DNA of 64,000 bases, taken from assembly GCA_964460075.1 (NCBI GenBank), contig CAYWPC010000005.1, positions 2,873 through 66,872 on the forward strand. Direction: 5' to 3'. Positions within the stretch are counted from its first letter, which is position 1. Each line of letters starts with the position of its first letter. A model generated the notes under the pieces. The model had not been told where the DNA came from and did not search any database. It was given only the letters and a program-made list of their open reading frames with translations. The position numbers and the translations under genes are program-made. This document shows positions 1-12,411 of this stretch, one piece after another. The stretch is from an uncultured Acidimicrobiaceae bacterium. GTDB taxonomy: Bacteria; Actinomycetota; Acidimicrobiia; Spongiisociales; UBA5794.

Positions 1-597
1 CGACTCCTGAAGGAAGCCCAAGCCGAGGCTGAGACGATCGCTCAGGAAGCAGAAGCCGCAGCGGCAGGCCGAACCGCCGGCACATCTGAGCAAGCCAACG
101 AACTGCTACGTGCTGCGACGAGGGCAGCCGCTGACAGGAGTAACGAAGCCGCCGCAACTCGACACGCAGCTTCGATCGCGAGCGCATGGATCACACGACG
201 TGCCAGGGAGAACGCTCGATCCACGATCGCCCAGGCCGAGGCACGAGCCGAGATCACCCTGCGCAATGCCACGATCGAGGCCGAGACGATCAGGGAGAAG
301 ATCTCCTCACTGCGTGCAGCAGTCGAATCGCTCCAGAGTGCAGCATCGAATCTCGCAACACATACCGCTGAGAACGCATCAGCAATCGCTATGGACGCTG
401 TTGAGGTGCTCGGAAGCGTCGATTGTGCCGCCACGGCTATCCATGGTACCGAAGCGTTCAAACCCCTCCTGAGCGTCGCCGAGGCCAGGGAGGAGCTTGA
501 GCTTGAGACCGAGAAGCCCGAACTGCTGTCCCTTCGACGACAAACGACTGGAACGCGCTTGAGCGATCGGATTAGGATCGCACGCATGTCCGGGTGA
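1..597 (+). CDS. Ala/Glu-rich coiled-coil protein; 3' fragment, 5' end lies outside the window
   Basis: Frame 1 is open from nt 1 to the TGA at 595-597. The translation is AEAE/AAAA-rich and helical. The antisense ORF 42..689 is its shadow. Confidence 0.45.
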   Translation, partial: RLLKEAQAEAETIAQEAEAAAAGRTAGTSEQANELLRAATRAAADRSNEAAATRHAASIASAWITRRARENARSTIAQAEARAEITLRNATIEAETIREKISSLRAAVESLQSAASNLATHTAENASAIAMDAVEVLGSVDCAATAIHGTEAFKPLLSVAEAREELELETEKPELLSLRRQTTGTRLSDRIRIARMSG

Positions 598-623
598 TGA
601 TCTGACGCGGGCGGAGAGATAGA

Positions 624-650
624 CACCGGTGGTTCTCCACCGGTGTTTGT
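624..650 (+). terminator. Rho-independent terminator: caccggtgg-ttct-ccaccggtg followed by TTTGT
   Basis: Perfect 9-bp stem, 4-nt loop and T-rich tail directly after the stop of the upstream ORF. Confidence 0.6.
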
Positions 651-702
651 CATTTCATAGTTCTCGACGATCGGCACTGCATGCAACACCCTCCGTGTTT
701 AG

Positions 703-2646
<1,944 letters not shown>

Positions 2647-2686
2647 ATCAGGTGAAACCGGACACGTCGAGATTTGCCGATTACCC

Positions 2687-2720
2687 GCTTGCCCGTTCCT
2701 CCTCAGGGGGGACGGGCGAG
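2687..2720 (+). promoter_or_regulatory. Imperfect GC-rich stem-loop in the dnaK-grpE spacer (ttgcccgt...acgggcga); possible partial attenuator
   Basis: Inverted repeat read from the sequence. The 175-bp spacer between dnaK and grpE often holds such structures. Confidence 0.3.
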
Positions 2721-2821
2721 GCGCCCGAGCGATGGGAGCCCACAAGCCTGGGGCTGGTCGACGTCCAACCATCTGATCCGCAATCCCACCAGATGCCACG
2801 TACCTTTCGCATGGAGTTCAC

Positions 2822-3442
2822 ATGACCGATTCACCAGACACGCGAGCAAAGAACTCTCCTCCCTCGGGCAAGGCCGGCGCCCACACAGATAGCGACGCTG
2901 GAGCCGAGATCATCGAAGTTCTCCCTGAGGAACCGACAGCAGAAATGCTCGGGCTTTCGCTCCCAGATGATCCGGATGAGACGCGGCGACTTCTCCTTCG
3001 AGAGCTCTCTGAGGCGCGGCAGGACGCAGGAGATCTACTGGCCAATCTCCAGCGTGTCGCTGCCGAATTCGATAACTTCCGAAAGCGGGTCGAGCGTGAT
3101 CAGGGCGAGAACGTCATTCGTGCTAGCCAGCGAGTGATCGAAGCGTTGCTGCCGGCGCTCGACAGCTTCGATGCTGCGCTCACGACAGAAATTTCATCCG
3201 ACTCGGAGCGACTCATGCTCGACGGCATGGCAAGCACGCATTCCCAACTGCTCGATGCACTCAACAACGAGGGCTTCGAGCCGATCGACGCCCTCGGCCA
3301 GCCGTTCGATCCGGCTCTTCACGAGGCGGTATCGGTGACACCCGGTGAAGGGAACCAGGTCGTCGAACAAGAACTCAGAAAGGGATACGTGATGAGAGGA
3401 CGGGTGATCCGTCCAACACTCGTGATCGTCGGCCATGCGTAA
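2822..3442 (+). CDS. grpE: Nucleotide exchange factor GrpE
   Basis: Acidic N-terminus then a coiled-coil and beta domain resembling GrpE. Position after dnaK. GGAG RBS. Confidence 0.88.
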   Translation: MTDSPDTRAKNSPPSGKAGAHTDSDAGAEIIEVLPEEPTAEMLGLSLPDDPDETRRLLLRELSEARQDAGDLLANLQRVAAEFDNFRKRVERDQGENVIRASQRVIEALLPALDSFDAALTTEISSDSERLMLDGMASTHSQLLDALNNEGFEPIDALGQPFDPALHEAVSVTPGEGNQVVEQELRKGYVMRGRVIRPTLVIVGHA

Positions 3443-4343
3443 GGAGTGGTTGGAGAAGGACTACTACGCCGAGCTCGGCGTAGACAAGAATGCTTCGCAG
3501 AAGGACATCAAGCGAGCGTTTCGCTCACTCGCGAGAGAGGTCCATCCAGACAGCAACCCTGAGGACCCCAACGCAGAAACGCGATTCAAGGAGATCAACG
3601 AGGCCTACGACACCCTCTCCGACGAGGAAACGCGTAGGGAGTACGACCACGCCCGCGAGATGGGGTACTTCGTTGGTGGACCGGGTGGAGGCCAGCAGTA
3701 CGTCCGCGTCGAGGACCTGTTCGGTGGCGCAGAGGGCGCATCGTCCCAGGATCTGTTCAGCGGATTCGGCGATCTGTTTGGGGGAGGACGACGTCAGAGC
3801 CGTCCACACAAGGGTGCCGACGCGACCGGCTCGATAACGCTCAGCTTTCACGAAGCCTTGGCCGGTACAACGAAGGAACTCAACGTCGGGGGAAACCCTG
3901 TGAAGGTGAAGATCCCACGAGGCGTCTCGGATGGCACGAAGGTGCGCGTCAAGGGCAGAGGCGGACCGGGTATCGGTGGCGGACCACCGGGGGATCTGCT
4001 CGTGAGGGTCCGCGTTGGCTCACACCCGATCTTCAGTCGAAAGGGAAAACGCGATCTCGCTATTGACATCCCGATCACGTACACCGAGGCAGCCCTCGGA
4101 GCCGTCATCTCGGTACCGACGCTTGACGGCTCATCCAAGATCAAGATACCCGCTGGGACACAAGGCGGAGCAACGATGAAGTTGTCTGGCAAAGGTGTCG
4201 AGACGGCCAAGGGATCGGGCGACCTCCTTGTTACGCTGCACATAGCGGTTCCGCCGTCAACATCGGACGAAGTACGCTCGGCTCTCGACGCGTTACGCAC
4301 GGCAGAAGACGGGTGGAACCCACGAGCCCACTTGGGGGTGTGA
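3435..4343 (+). CDS. dnaJ: J-domain co-chaperone, class B (DnaJ/CbpA-like); lacks the CxxCxGxG zinc-finger domain
   Basis: J-domain DYYAELGV...HPD...KEINEAYDTLSD, Gly/Phe-rich linker, then C-terminal substrate-binding domains. No Cys-rich repeats. Start overlaps the grpE stop by 8 bp. Confidence 0.85.
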   Translation: MRKEWLEKDYYAELGVDKNASQKDIKRAFRSLAREVHPDSNPEDPNAETRFKEINEAYDTLSDEETRREYDHAREMGYFVGGPGGGQQYVRVEDLFGGAEGASSQDLFSGFGDLFGGGRRQSRPHKGADATGSITLSFHEALAGTTKELNVGGNPVKVKIPRGVSDGTKVRVKGRGGPGIGGGPPGDLLVRVRVGSHPIFSRKGKRDLAIDIPITYTEAALGAVISVPTLDGSSKIKIPAGTQGGATMKLSGKGVETAKGSGDLLVTLHIAVPPSTSDEVRSALDALRTAEDGWNPRAHLGV

Positions 4344-4344
4344 A

Positions 4345-4737
4345 ATGGCAGAATCTACCGACGCCGTATACATCATTTCGGTAGCTGCCGAAATCGTTGG
4401 CATGCATCCTCAGACGCTTCGCGTCTATGAACGAAAAGGCCTCCTCGACCCATACCGAACTCCGGGAGGAACGCGCCGATACAGCCAGGTCGATCTCGAC
4501 CGACTCCTCCTCATCCAGGAACTCTCAAGTGCTGGTGTGAACCTCGAAGGCGTCAAACGGATTCTCCAGCTCCGCGCAGACAACGATCGACTCCGAAACC
4601 AGGTTGCGCGTTTGCGCCGACTTCTCGAGGAGGCGGAGGTCCGCAGGGGTGGAAGAGGAACGAGCCTCTTTCAGATGCGAGCGTCCGCAAAGCGCCCGCT
4701 GCCCGACATTCTTCGACGGAACCCTTTCGACTCGTGA
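4345..4737 (+). CDS. hspR: MerR-family heat-shock repressor HspR
   Basis: HTH region VYIISVAAEIVGMHPQTLRVYERKGLL...GGTRRYS typical of HspR. Last gene of the dnaK operon. Confidence 0.88.
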   Translation: MAESTDAVYIISVAAEIVGMHPQTLRVYERKGLLDPYRTPGGTRRYSQVDLDRLLLIQELSSAGVNLEGVKRILQLRADNDRLRNQVARLRRLLEEAEVRRGGRGTSLFQMRASAKRPLPDILRRNPFDS

Positions 4738-4799
4738 ACCAACCAGGGCCCGGTGCTGGGATATGAGCAGCCGGTTCGCTACGGGTTTCGCTCTGTCCG

Positions 4800-6908
4800 C
4801 TACTGCGCAGCGAGCTGCCTGAGTTCTGATGCAACCATCACCTCGGTGATGAGTGCGTGTGATTCGATCCCGAACTGTGGCCACGGTGCATCTGTGGCCG
4901 TTAGCCGCCGCGGAGGGGCAACGAGTTCGTATCCGCAACGCTCAGCGATCTCCGCCACAATCTCTGCAGCGATACCACCTGTACGTTGCGGCTCCTGGAC
5001 ACACAGCAACCGCCCCGTCTTGCGGACAGATTCGCTGACGGAGGCCACATCCCACGGATATATCGTGCGGAGGTCGACGACCTCGACATCGATACCCTCA
5101 TCAGCGACCATCTCGGCCGCGCTAACCGAGACAGGCACCATACTGCCGTAGGTCACGACCGTGACATCAGCACCCTGTCTCCTCACGCGTGCACGGCCGA
5201 GTGGAAGTTCGAACGCGTCGAGCGGAACCGGCTCCGAACCCAGCCGATACAGAATTTTGGGTTCGAGAAACATCACAGGGTCGTTCGATCGAATTGCCGC
5301 GGCTAGGAGACCCTTGGCATCCGAGGGACTCGAAGGGACGACGACGACGAGACCCGGAACGTGAGCGAAGTACGCCTCGGGGCTATCGCAGTGGTGCTCA
5401 TGGGCTCCAATACCGGCACCACTCGGCATTCTCACAACCATTGGAATGGACGCATTCCCTCTAACACGGAAACGCATCCGACCAAGGTGACTCGCGATCT
5501 GGTCGAAGGCTGGATACGCGAATCCGTCAAACTGAATCTCTGCTATCGGTCTCGCACCGGCAATCGCCATGCCGATAGCCGTTCCAATAATGCCGCTCTC
5601 GTTGATGGGAGTGTCGATGACACGCTTCGCGCCATATTTCGCGAGGAGACCCTCTGAGATTCGGAAGACACCGCCAGCAACCGCCACATCCTCACCGAGC
5701 AGCACCGTCGTCGGGTCAGCCTCCATCTCCTGATGTAACGCAGCGTTGAGGGCATCTGCCATTGTCATATCTGCTCTCGGGCCACTTGGCGCCAGATCCT
5801 CACCAACGGTCCACAACTGTGCGTCTGAGAACTCGCTCAACGGTTCGCCGACGTCCGCTTCCATCCGATGTAGTTGCTCGACCATCATGTTTGGGATCTT
5901 CTCGAACACGTGTGTCACGATGTCGGCACGCGGTGGGGGGTCGATCGCAGAGACTGCGTCAAGGGCTGCATCGAAGGTGTTTGCCGCATCCGCCGCCAGT
6001 TCCTCCTCCGCGGCATCGCTCCACCAGCCTTGGGCTGTGACAAAGCGCCGCATCCGAATCAGCGGATCGTACGGACGCCACAGATCCACCTCCTCCTGCT
6101 TTCGGTACAGCGTCGAATCATCGGCCGTCGCGTGCGGGCCAAACCGGTAGCACACTGCCTCGATCATCGACGGCCCGCCACCGTGTGCGGCCCTCTCGAC
6201 GGCACGCTGGGTTGCGTCATACACCGCAAGCACATCGAACCCGTTGACCCTCTCCGCCGGCATTCCGTAGCCAAGGGCCTTGTCGGCTATCGATGCCGCA
6301 GCCGTTTGACGGGAATACGGCACAGAGATTGCATAGAAGTTGTTCGAAACGATGAAGACTGTCGGCGTCTTCCACACGCCTGCGAAGTTGAGGCCGGAAT
6401 GGAAGTCGTTCTCGGATGTTCCACCGTCGCCAATGTAGGTCACGGTCACGACATCGTTGCCAGCGATTGCCTCCGCATATGCATGTCCTACGGCATGTGG
6501 CAGGTGACTCGCAATAGGAATCGTGATCACCATCTGGTTCATGGCGCCAGGGTCCCAGGTCGCATTCGGAAGCCCGCGCCAGTACGAGAGCATCGTCTCA
6601 AGCGGCACACCCCGAACGATCTGAACGCCGTGCTCCCTGTATCCGGGATAGACGAAGTCCTGACCTCGCAACGCATGTGCGCTGCCGACTTGCACGGCTT
6701 CGTGGCCCTCGAGCGGGGCATATGTCCCGATCCGACCCTGCCGCTGAGCGGCAATCGCCCTCTGGTCGAAGATCCGTGTGCGGACCATATCGGTGTACAT
6801 CGTGACGGCAAGTTCCTGAGTCAACCATGGGACGTCTGCGACCAGATCGCCTTCGATGCTGACCAGCTCAGAGAGCTCGTCCCAGTCGACATCTACAGGA
6901 TTCATCAC
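4800..6908 (-). CDS. Fused 2-oxo-acid dehydrogenase E1 component: alpha (TPP-binding) and beta subunits in one 702-aa polypeptide
   Basis: Alpha half carries the TPP motif IGDGG...SNNFYAIS. Beta half carries GEDV...GGVFR...EIQF...EPK. The sequence is one continuous ORF. Confidence 0.85.
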   Translation of the reverse strand: MMNPVDVDWDELSELVSIEGDLVADVPWLTQELAVTMYTDMVRTRIFDQRAIAAQRQGRIGTYAPLEGHEAVQVGSAHALRGQDFVYPGYREHGVQIVRGVPLETMLSYWRGLPNATWDPGAMNQMVITIPIASHLPHAVGHAYAEAIAGNDVVTVTYIGDGGTSENDFHSGLNFAGVWKTPTVFIVSNNFYAISVPYSRQTAAASIADKALGYGMPAERVNGFDVLAVYDATQRAVERAAHGGGPSMIEAVCYRFGPHATADDSTLYRKQEEVDLWRPYDPLIRMRRFVTAQGWWSDAAEEELAADAANTFDAALDAVSAIDPPPRADIVTHVFEKIPNMMVEQLHRMEADVGEPLSEFSDAQLWTVGEDLAPSGPRADMTMADALNAALHQEMEADPTTVLLGEDVAVAGGVFRISEGLLAKYGAKRVIDTPINESGIIGTAIGMAIAGARPIAEIQFDGFAYPAFDQIASHLGRMRFRVRGNASIPMVVRMPSGAGIGAHEHHCDSPEAYFAHVPGLVVVVPSSPSDAKGLLAAAIRSNDPVMFLEPKILYRLGSEPVPLDAFELPLGRARVRRQGADVTVVTYGSMVPVSVSAAEMVADEGIDVEVVDLRTIYPWDVASVSESVRKTGRLLCVQEPQRTGGIAAEIVAEIAERCGYELVAPPRRLTATDAPWPQFGIESHALITEVMVASELRQLAAQ

Positions 6909-7981
6909 CGCATCGCCGCCTCGTCGAGTGCGTTCAAGAACCGCGCGTTCTCGTCCTCTGCGCCAACGGTCACGCGTATGCCGCGCCCCAACACGCGCAC
7001 GATCACGCCGCGGTGCAACAGGATGTCGCCGAGTTCGGCTGCGGATCCGTCAGGCTCGAAGTAGACGAAGTTGGCCTGCGACGCCACGGGCTCGAAACCG
7101 AGCGAGGCCAATCCCTCGGTAAGCACTTGCCTACCGTGTGCGTTCACGTCCCTTCTCTCGACAACTCGATCTTGGTGCTTAAGCGCCTCGAGTGCTGCGA
7201 CCTGGCCGATCGACGTCACAGAGAACGGTGCCTGGGTTCGCCGGAGATTCGCCACGAGGTCAGCCGTGCCTACGCCGTAGCCGACCCTGACTCCTGCAAG
7301 GCCGTAGATCTTCGAGAAGGTCCGCGCGACGAGTAGGTTCGGTCGAGTCTGTGCCTCCTCGACGAATGTCCTGTAATCACCCACCGTGACGTATTCGGCA
7401 TATGCCTCATCGACGATGACGAGCACTCGTTCAGGGACGGCATCGACGAACGAAGCCACATCCGAACCGTTGATGTGGCCACCCGTCGGGTTGTTCGGGT
7501 TGCACACGTACACGATGGTCGTGTCGTCGCGAATCGCGGCGAGCATCGCATCGAGATCGTGCCCGTACCCCTTGGTCAGCGGAACCGTGACCGGCTCAGC
7601 GCCTGCAACCATCGTTGAAATGCGATACATCACGAACGAGGGCTCAGGAAACACGGCGGAAGTCCCTGGCCCGCCGACAGCAAGTGCGGCACAGCGGAGT
7701 ATCTCACTGGAACCTGCGCCAACCCACACCTTGTCTGGCTGGATCCCGTGATGCGCTGCGACCGCACGAGAAAGATCGTATGTCGAACTGTCCGGGTACC
7801 GGTTCAAGCCGAGAGCAGAGGCAGAGATCGCCTCGACGACCTCAGGGAAGGGGACTTCACAACACTCGTTCGATGCGAGTTTGTCAATTGAGTCAATCCC
7901 GAGTTCTCTGGCAACGTCATCGATCGGCCTGCCCGGCACATACCGCGGGATTGATTCGAGATCTGACCTGTACGTCGGCAC
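6905..7981 (-). CDS. Class I/II PLP aminotransferase; histidinol-phosphate or aromatic aminotransferase family
   Basis: YVPG...NPNNPTG...TFSKIYGLAGVRVGY (Lys-PLP motif). Its stop overlaps the E1 start by 4 bp. Confidence 0.8.
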   Translation of the reverse strand: MPTYRSDLESIPRYVPGRPIDDVARELGIDSIDKLASNECCEVPFPEVVEAISASALGLNRYPDSSTYDLSRAVAAHHGIQPDKVWVGAGSSEILRCAALAVGGPGTSAVFPEPSFVMYRISTMVAGAEPVTVPLTKGYGHDLDAMLAAIRDDTTIVYVCNPNNPTGGHINGSDVASFVDAVPERVLVIVDEAYAEYVTVGDYRTFVEEAQTRPNLLVARTFSKIYGLAGVRVGYGVGTADLVANLRRTQAPFSVTSIGQVAALEALKHQDRVVERRDVNAHGRQVLTEGLASLGFEPVASQANFVYFEPDGSAAELGDILLHRGVIVRVLGRGIRVTVGAEDENARFLNALDEAAMR

Positions 7982-8148
7982 GCGCTTCGACCTCCAAATA
8001 TCGTGTGTGCATCACAGGCTAATCGGTGGCGCACCTTCCGAGGAGGGACACCGACGTGTCCTTGCGAGTCTCGATCCCCGGACGCGTGGCCGACACACAA
8101 CGTCCTTGCTCGACTTCGCCAAGCCGAGGCCAAACGGAAACTACACGC

Positions 8149-8784
8149 TCACGCAACGATCGTTTCCGTATCGGGTTGCTGGAACACGAAAGCGACCACC
8201 AGTGTGCTGCGATTCGGCCAAGACCGCAATGCATCGTGTGCCGTCACATTGGCGAACGTGCGAAATTCGGACCATGTCATGACGGACTGAGGCGACACCC
8301 TGAGATCCAGCTTTGGCCGCGGGATCAGGGTCGTACCTTCGAGGTCGAAACCCTCCATCTCCACGACAGCTAAGTCGAGCTCTTCGCATTTCGTGACGAA
8401 CGCCTCTGCCACGGTCTTTGGGAAGAACCCCTCGCCATCACCGGTACGAAAGACCGCACGGCTATCGAACTCGCCAAGGAGCTCCGTGGTGGCAGGATGC
8501 TCCTCACTCCACTCACTGTTCACCTCAGCAACAGCGTCGCGCAACTCGGAGAACTCCTCCTCGAACGCGTCCGGATCGATGATCTGGAGAGCGGTGTCGA
8601 GAAGTCGTTGGAGTTCGTGCAGATCAAGATCGTGCACCTCACCGTCGCCAGAGGGATATATCTGGACGATCGGTGCGTCACCGTCCCAGAACACCATTCC
8701 GATGAAATCGTTCTCACGCCATAGCTCGACGACAGTTCCTTCGAAGTTGTCTCGTTCAGTTTCGATGATTTGGATCGGCAGCAT
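8149..8784 (-). CDS. Hypothetical acidic cytoplasmic protein (211 aa)
   Basis: Long ORF co-oriented with the downstream aminotransferase. No motif recognised. Very Asp/Glu-rich. Confidence 0.5.
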   Translation of the reverse strand: MLPIQIIETERDNFEGTVVELWRENDFIGMVFWDGDAPIVQIYPSGDGEVHDLDLHELQRLLDTALQIIDPDAFEEEFSELRDAVAEVNSEWSEEHPATTELLGEFDSRAVFRTGDGEGFFPKTVAEAFVTKCEELDLAVVEMEGFDLEGTTLIPRPKLDLRVSPQSVMTWSEFRTFANVTAHDALRSWPNRSTLVVAFVFQQPDTETIVA

Positions 8785-8857
8785 GAGGTAAGGGTAGACA
8801 TCTGGCAGCTATCAGTTGAAAGTCAGCACCGCTCGCGACACAGCGCGCACTGATTCC

Positions 8858-9142
8858 TCAGCGCTTCACCTTGACACCTCGCCAAAACGCGATGTAGTTC
8901 TTGATGTCGGCTGCGGCAGACTTCGGGTCCTTGTAGTACCACGCTGCACCGCGCACAACCTCGCCGTCGACCACAACGTCGTAGTAGCTTGCTGTGCCTT
9001 TCCATGGACATACGCTCTGAGCCGGAGAATCCCTCAAGAATCGCAGATCCACAGACTCGGGAGGGAAGTAGTCGTTCCCTTCGACCTTGATCGTCGCATC
9101 GCTCTGCGCAATGACCTGACCGTTCCAAATCGCCTTCGGCAC
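8858..9142 (-). CDS. DUF427-family small protein
   Basis: Translation has the DUF427 pattern (YFPPESV...CPWKGTASYYDV...WYYKDP). Confidence 0.65.
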   Translation of the reverse strand: MPKAIWNGQVIAQSDATIKVEGNDYFPPESVDLRFLRDSPAQSVCPWKGTASYYDVVVDGEVVRGAAWYYKDPKSAAADIKNYIAFWRGVKVKR

Positions 9143-9256
9143 GCGTCCATCCCTTCGTTACTTCCAACGACTGCAACGGATCCCACGGCTGCTGCATTCC
9201 AGTCGATCGAGCAAGGCCGCGGTCGCTGGAGCGGATGCTGTCCGTCAGATCTCCTC

Positions 9257-9757
9257 CTAGACGATGAAGGGGACGATGCGCCACGGCACAGAGGATCGAT
9301 ATGCCGCATACCCGTCCATGTACTTGACCATCATCGCCTCCTCGTGGGCCGACTTGGCTGCGAAGAACACGAGAAAGGTAAGGGAGGACACCAGCACGAC
9401 TGGGGTGGTGTACGCAAGACCTACTCCGAGTGTGAAGAACACGATGCCCGCGTACATGGGGTGACGGACGAAACGATAAGGGCCACGATCGATCACCGCC
9501 ATGCCCTCGACAGGGAAAGGGAAGGGAGAGAACTGAGAGCCATGGAGGAGGACCGACCAGGTAGTGAGCACTGCGCCGCCAACGGCGACAAAGACGCCGG
9601 CAACCCAGATGAACATCACCCCAGGGATGTCGGACAACGAGTCGCCGACAACGACCGAGATGAGGAAGAACACGAAGAGCACGCCCTGCGTTGCGACCCA
9701 GGCGACACCCTTCTGGCCACTCACACTTGAGTCGTTCCGACTCATATTATCTGGCAT
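9257..9757 (-). CDS. Membrane methyltransferase of the isoprenylcysteine carboxyl methyltransferase / phospholipid methyltransferase family
   Basis: Multi-TM protein with the [14 protein letters not shown] signature of the ICMT/PEMT family. Confidence 0.75.
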   Translation of the reverse strand: MPDNMSRNDSSVSGQKGVAWVATQGVLFVFFLISVVVGDSLSDIPGVMFIWVAGVFVAVGGAVLTTWSVLLHGSQFSPFPFPVEGMAVIDRGPYRFVRHPMYAGIVFFTLGVGLAYTTPVVLVSSLTFLVFFAAKSAHEEAMMVKYMDGYAAYRSSVPWRIVPFIV

Positions 9758-9815
9758 GTGCTACTCTATCTTGTGGTTGTACGGTCGTAGTATCGCACCA
9801 AGGACACCTGAAACC

Positions 9816-12383
9816 ATGGACTTCAATGCATTCACACAGCGGAGCCAACAGGCTGTGCTCCACGCTCGCGAGCTTGGCGCCGCGCGCAATCACCAGTATG
9901 TACACAACGAGCACATTCTCGATGGCTTGCTCGCGCAAACCGATGGGATCATATATCCGATCTTGGCGAAGGTTGGAGCACACGTAAGCGAAGTACGAGG
10001 GTTCAATTCCGCTGCACTCGACGCGATGCCATCGGTGTATGGGGGCACCGAGGTCACTTTTGCACAGGACGCCCTTGAGGTTCTCGACGACGCTGCACGC
10101 GAAATGGAGGCACTCAAGGACAGCTATGTCTCGGTGGAGCACATCCTCATAGCGCTCGCCACGTCCGAATCTGCCACGGGGAGCAACCTGCGAGCCGTGG
10201 GAGTCTCCAAGGAGTCGATTCTCAATGCGCTCACCGAAGTGCGCGGTAGCCAGTCCGTGAGAAGCCAGAACCCAGAGGACACCTTTGCACCTCTCGACAA
10301 GTACGGGCGGGACCTCACAGAGGATGCCCGCAAGGGCAAGCTCGACCCTGTCATTGGAAGAGACGATGAGATTCGTCGCGTCATCCAGGTGCTATCTCGA
10401 CGAACCAAGAACAACCCGGTCCTGATCGGCGAGCCAGGAACCGGCAAGACCGCTATCGCAGGAGGTCTGGCGCAGCGAATCGTCGATGGAGATGTCCCGG
10501 AATCTCTCAAGAACCGCCGGCTGATCGCCCTCGATATCTCTTCGATGATCGCAGGAGCCAAGTATCGAGGGGAGTTCGAGGAACGATTGCAGGCCGTCCT
10601 CAACGAGATCAAGGCGTCAGAAGGCCGCATCATCACGTTCATAGACGAGATGCACACGATTGTGGGCGCCGGGGCGTCAGAGGGCTCGATGGATGCGTCC
10701 AACATGCTCAAGCCGATGCTCGCGCGCGGTGAGCTCCGCATGATCGGGGCTACCACGCTCGACGAGTTCCGCAAGTACGTCGAGAAGGATCCGGCACTCG
10801 AACGACGTTTTCAGCCGGTACTTGTCAATCCGCCGAGCGTCGAAGAGGCGGTTGGCATCCTCCGCGGCCTCAAGGAGCGTTACGAGGTCCACCACGGAGT
10901 GCGAATCACCGATGCAGCTCTCATCGCTGCTGCTGTGCTCTCGGATCGGTACGTCACCGGCCGTCACCTTCCAGACAAGGCGATCGATCTCATGGACGAA
11001 GCTGCTTCGAAACTACGAATCGAGATCGACTCGATGCCGGATGAGATCGACGAGCTGGAGCGTCGGAGAAGACAACTCGAGATCGAGCGTCAAGCGCTCT
11101 CGAAGGAGAGCGACACGTCCTCCCTCGAGCGGCTCAAGGTCATCGAGGAGGATCTTGCAAACTTAGGAGAAGAACTCGACGGGCTCACAGCTCACTGGCA
11201 GCTCGAGAAGGAAGCCATCGCTGCGATTCGCGCTGCCAAACAGGAGGTCGAGGACACCAGGGCAGAGACAGACATGGCTGAGCGTTCCGGTGATCTAGAG
11301 AGGGCAGCCGAGCTGCGATACAGCACGCTACCCGCGCTCGATCTTCGTTTGGCCGATGAGCAATCGAAACTCGACGAACTTCAGTCGGAAGTCAAGATGC
11401 TCAAAGAGGAAGTCGACGAGGAAGATGTCGCAGAGGTGGTGAGCCGGTGGACGGGCGTGCCCGTAGCCAAGCTACTCGAGGGCGAGATCGAGAAGCTGGT
11501 CCACCTCGAGACACACCTCCACGAGCGCGTCGTCGGCCAGAACGCTGCAGTATCGGCGATCTCGAACGCCATCAGACGGTCCCGAGCAGGGCTGTCTGAT
11601 CCTGACCGACCGATCGGGTCATTCCTGTTCCTAGGACCCACCGGGGTTGGCAAAACCGAACTCGCAAGAGCTCTCGCAGCGTTCCTCTTCGATGACGAGC
11701 AAGCCATGGTGCGCATCGACATGTCCGAATACATGGAGAGCCATTCCGTGAGCCGACTCATCGGTGCTCCCCCCGGATACGTCGGTTACGACGAGGGCGG
11801 CCAATTGACCGAAGCGGTTCGCCGTCGGCCGTACTCGGTAATTCTGCTCGACGAGGTCGAGAAGGCACACCCGGACGTCTTCAACGCACTGCTTCAAGTT
11901 CTCGACGACGGGCGCCTAACCGATGGGCAGGGTCGTACTGTCGATTTCACGAACACTGTTCTCGTGATGACGTCGAACCTTGGGTCGGAGTTCATCGACC
12001 CCGACCTGCCCGATGAGGCCATCGAGAACCGCGTACTCGATACCGTCAAGGCGTCCTTTCGCCCAGAGTTCTTGAACCGCGTCGACGACTTGATCGTGTT
12101 TCACCGGCTCACGAAGGATGACTTACGCATGATCGTTAGCATCCAATTCGATGAGTTGAGGAAGCGTCTGGCGAGTCGCAAGATCACGTTGCTACTCACC
12201 GATGAAGCGACACACTGGCTCACCGAAAACGGCTACGACCCCGTGTACGGAGCGCGCCCGCTCAAGCGTCTCCTCCAAACCGCTGTGGCCGACAAACTCG
12301 CAATGATGGTCCTTGACGGAGTCATCACCGAGGGCTCTACCGTCACCATCGGCGCCCGCGACGGTGCCCTGACGTTCACCTAA
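9816..12383 (+). CDS. clpB: ATP-dependent chaperone ClpB
   Basis: Clp N-domain, two AAA+ modules (GEPGTGKT Walker A; [15 protein letters not shown] Walker A2) and a long coiled-coil middle domain. Start moved to the ATG at 9816 ([12 protein letters not shown]). Confidence 0.95.
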   Translation: MDFNAFTQRSQQAVLHARELGAARNHQYVHNEHILDGLLAQTDGIIYPILAKVGAHVSEVRGFNSAALDAMPSVYGGTEVTFAQDALEVLDDAAREMEALKDSYVSVEHILIALATSESATGSNLRAVGVSKESILNALTEVRGSQSVRSQNPEDTFAPLDKYGRDLTEDARKGKLDPVIGRDDEIRRVIQVLSRRTKNNPVLIGEPGTGKTAIAGGLAQRIVDGDVPESLKNRRLIALDISSMIAGAKYRGEFEERLQAVLNEIKASEGRIITFIDEMHTIVGAGASEGSMDASNMLKPMLARGELRMIGATTLDEFRKYVEKDPALERRFQPVLVNPPSVEEAVGILRGLKERYEVHHGVRITDAALIAAAVLSDRYVTGRHLPDKAIDLMDEAASKLRIEIDSMPDEIDELERRRRQLEIERQALSKESDTSSLERLKVIEEDLANLGEELDGLTAHWQLEKEAIAAIRAAKQEVEDTRAETDMAERSGDLERAAELRYSTLPALDLRLADEQSKLDELQSEVKMLKEEVDEEDVAEVVSRWTGVPVAKLLEGEIEKLVHLETHLHERVVGQNAAVSAISNAIRRSRAGLSDPDRPIGSFLFLGPTGVGKTELARALAAFLFDDEQAMVRIDMSEYMESHSVSRLIGAPPGYVGYDEGGQLTEAVRRRPYSVILLDEVEKAHPDVFNALLQVLDDGRLTDGQGRTVDFTNTVLVMTSNLGSEFIDPDLPDEAIENRVLDTVKASFRPEFLNRVDDLIVFHRLTKDDLRMIVSIQFDELRKRLASRKITLLLTDEATHWLTENGYDPVYGARPLKRLLQTAVADKLAMMVLDGVITEGSTVTIGARDGALTFT

Positions 12384-12411
12384 CCCCTGTTCTCGTGCAA
12401 CAGAGTGGCTG

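Noticed and set aside
42-689. 215-aa ORF on the minus strand at the window start
   Set aside because: It is the antisense shadow of the Ala-rich + strand ORF that runs open from nt 1 to 597. Its translation is low-complexity Ser/Ala.
8816-9730. 304-aa + strand ORF overlapping the DUF427 and methyltransferase genes
   Set aside because: It is antisense to two ORFs that have recognisable family signatures. Its translation is Arg/His/Asp-rich with no motif, as expected for a high-GC antisense frame.
9564-9815. Upstream 84 codons of the track's ClpB ORF
   Set aside because: The translation ([15 protein letters not shown]...) is not ClpB-like and overlaps the methyltransferase gene on the other strand. 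The conserved ClpB N-terminus begins at the ATG at 9816.
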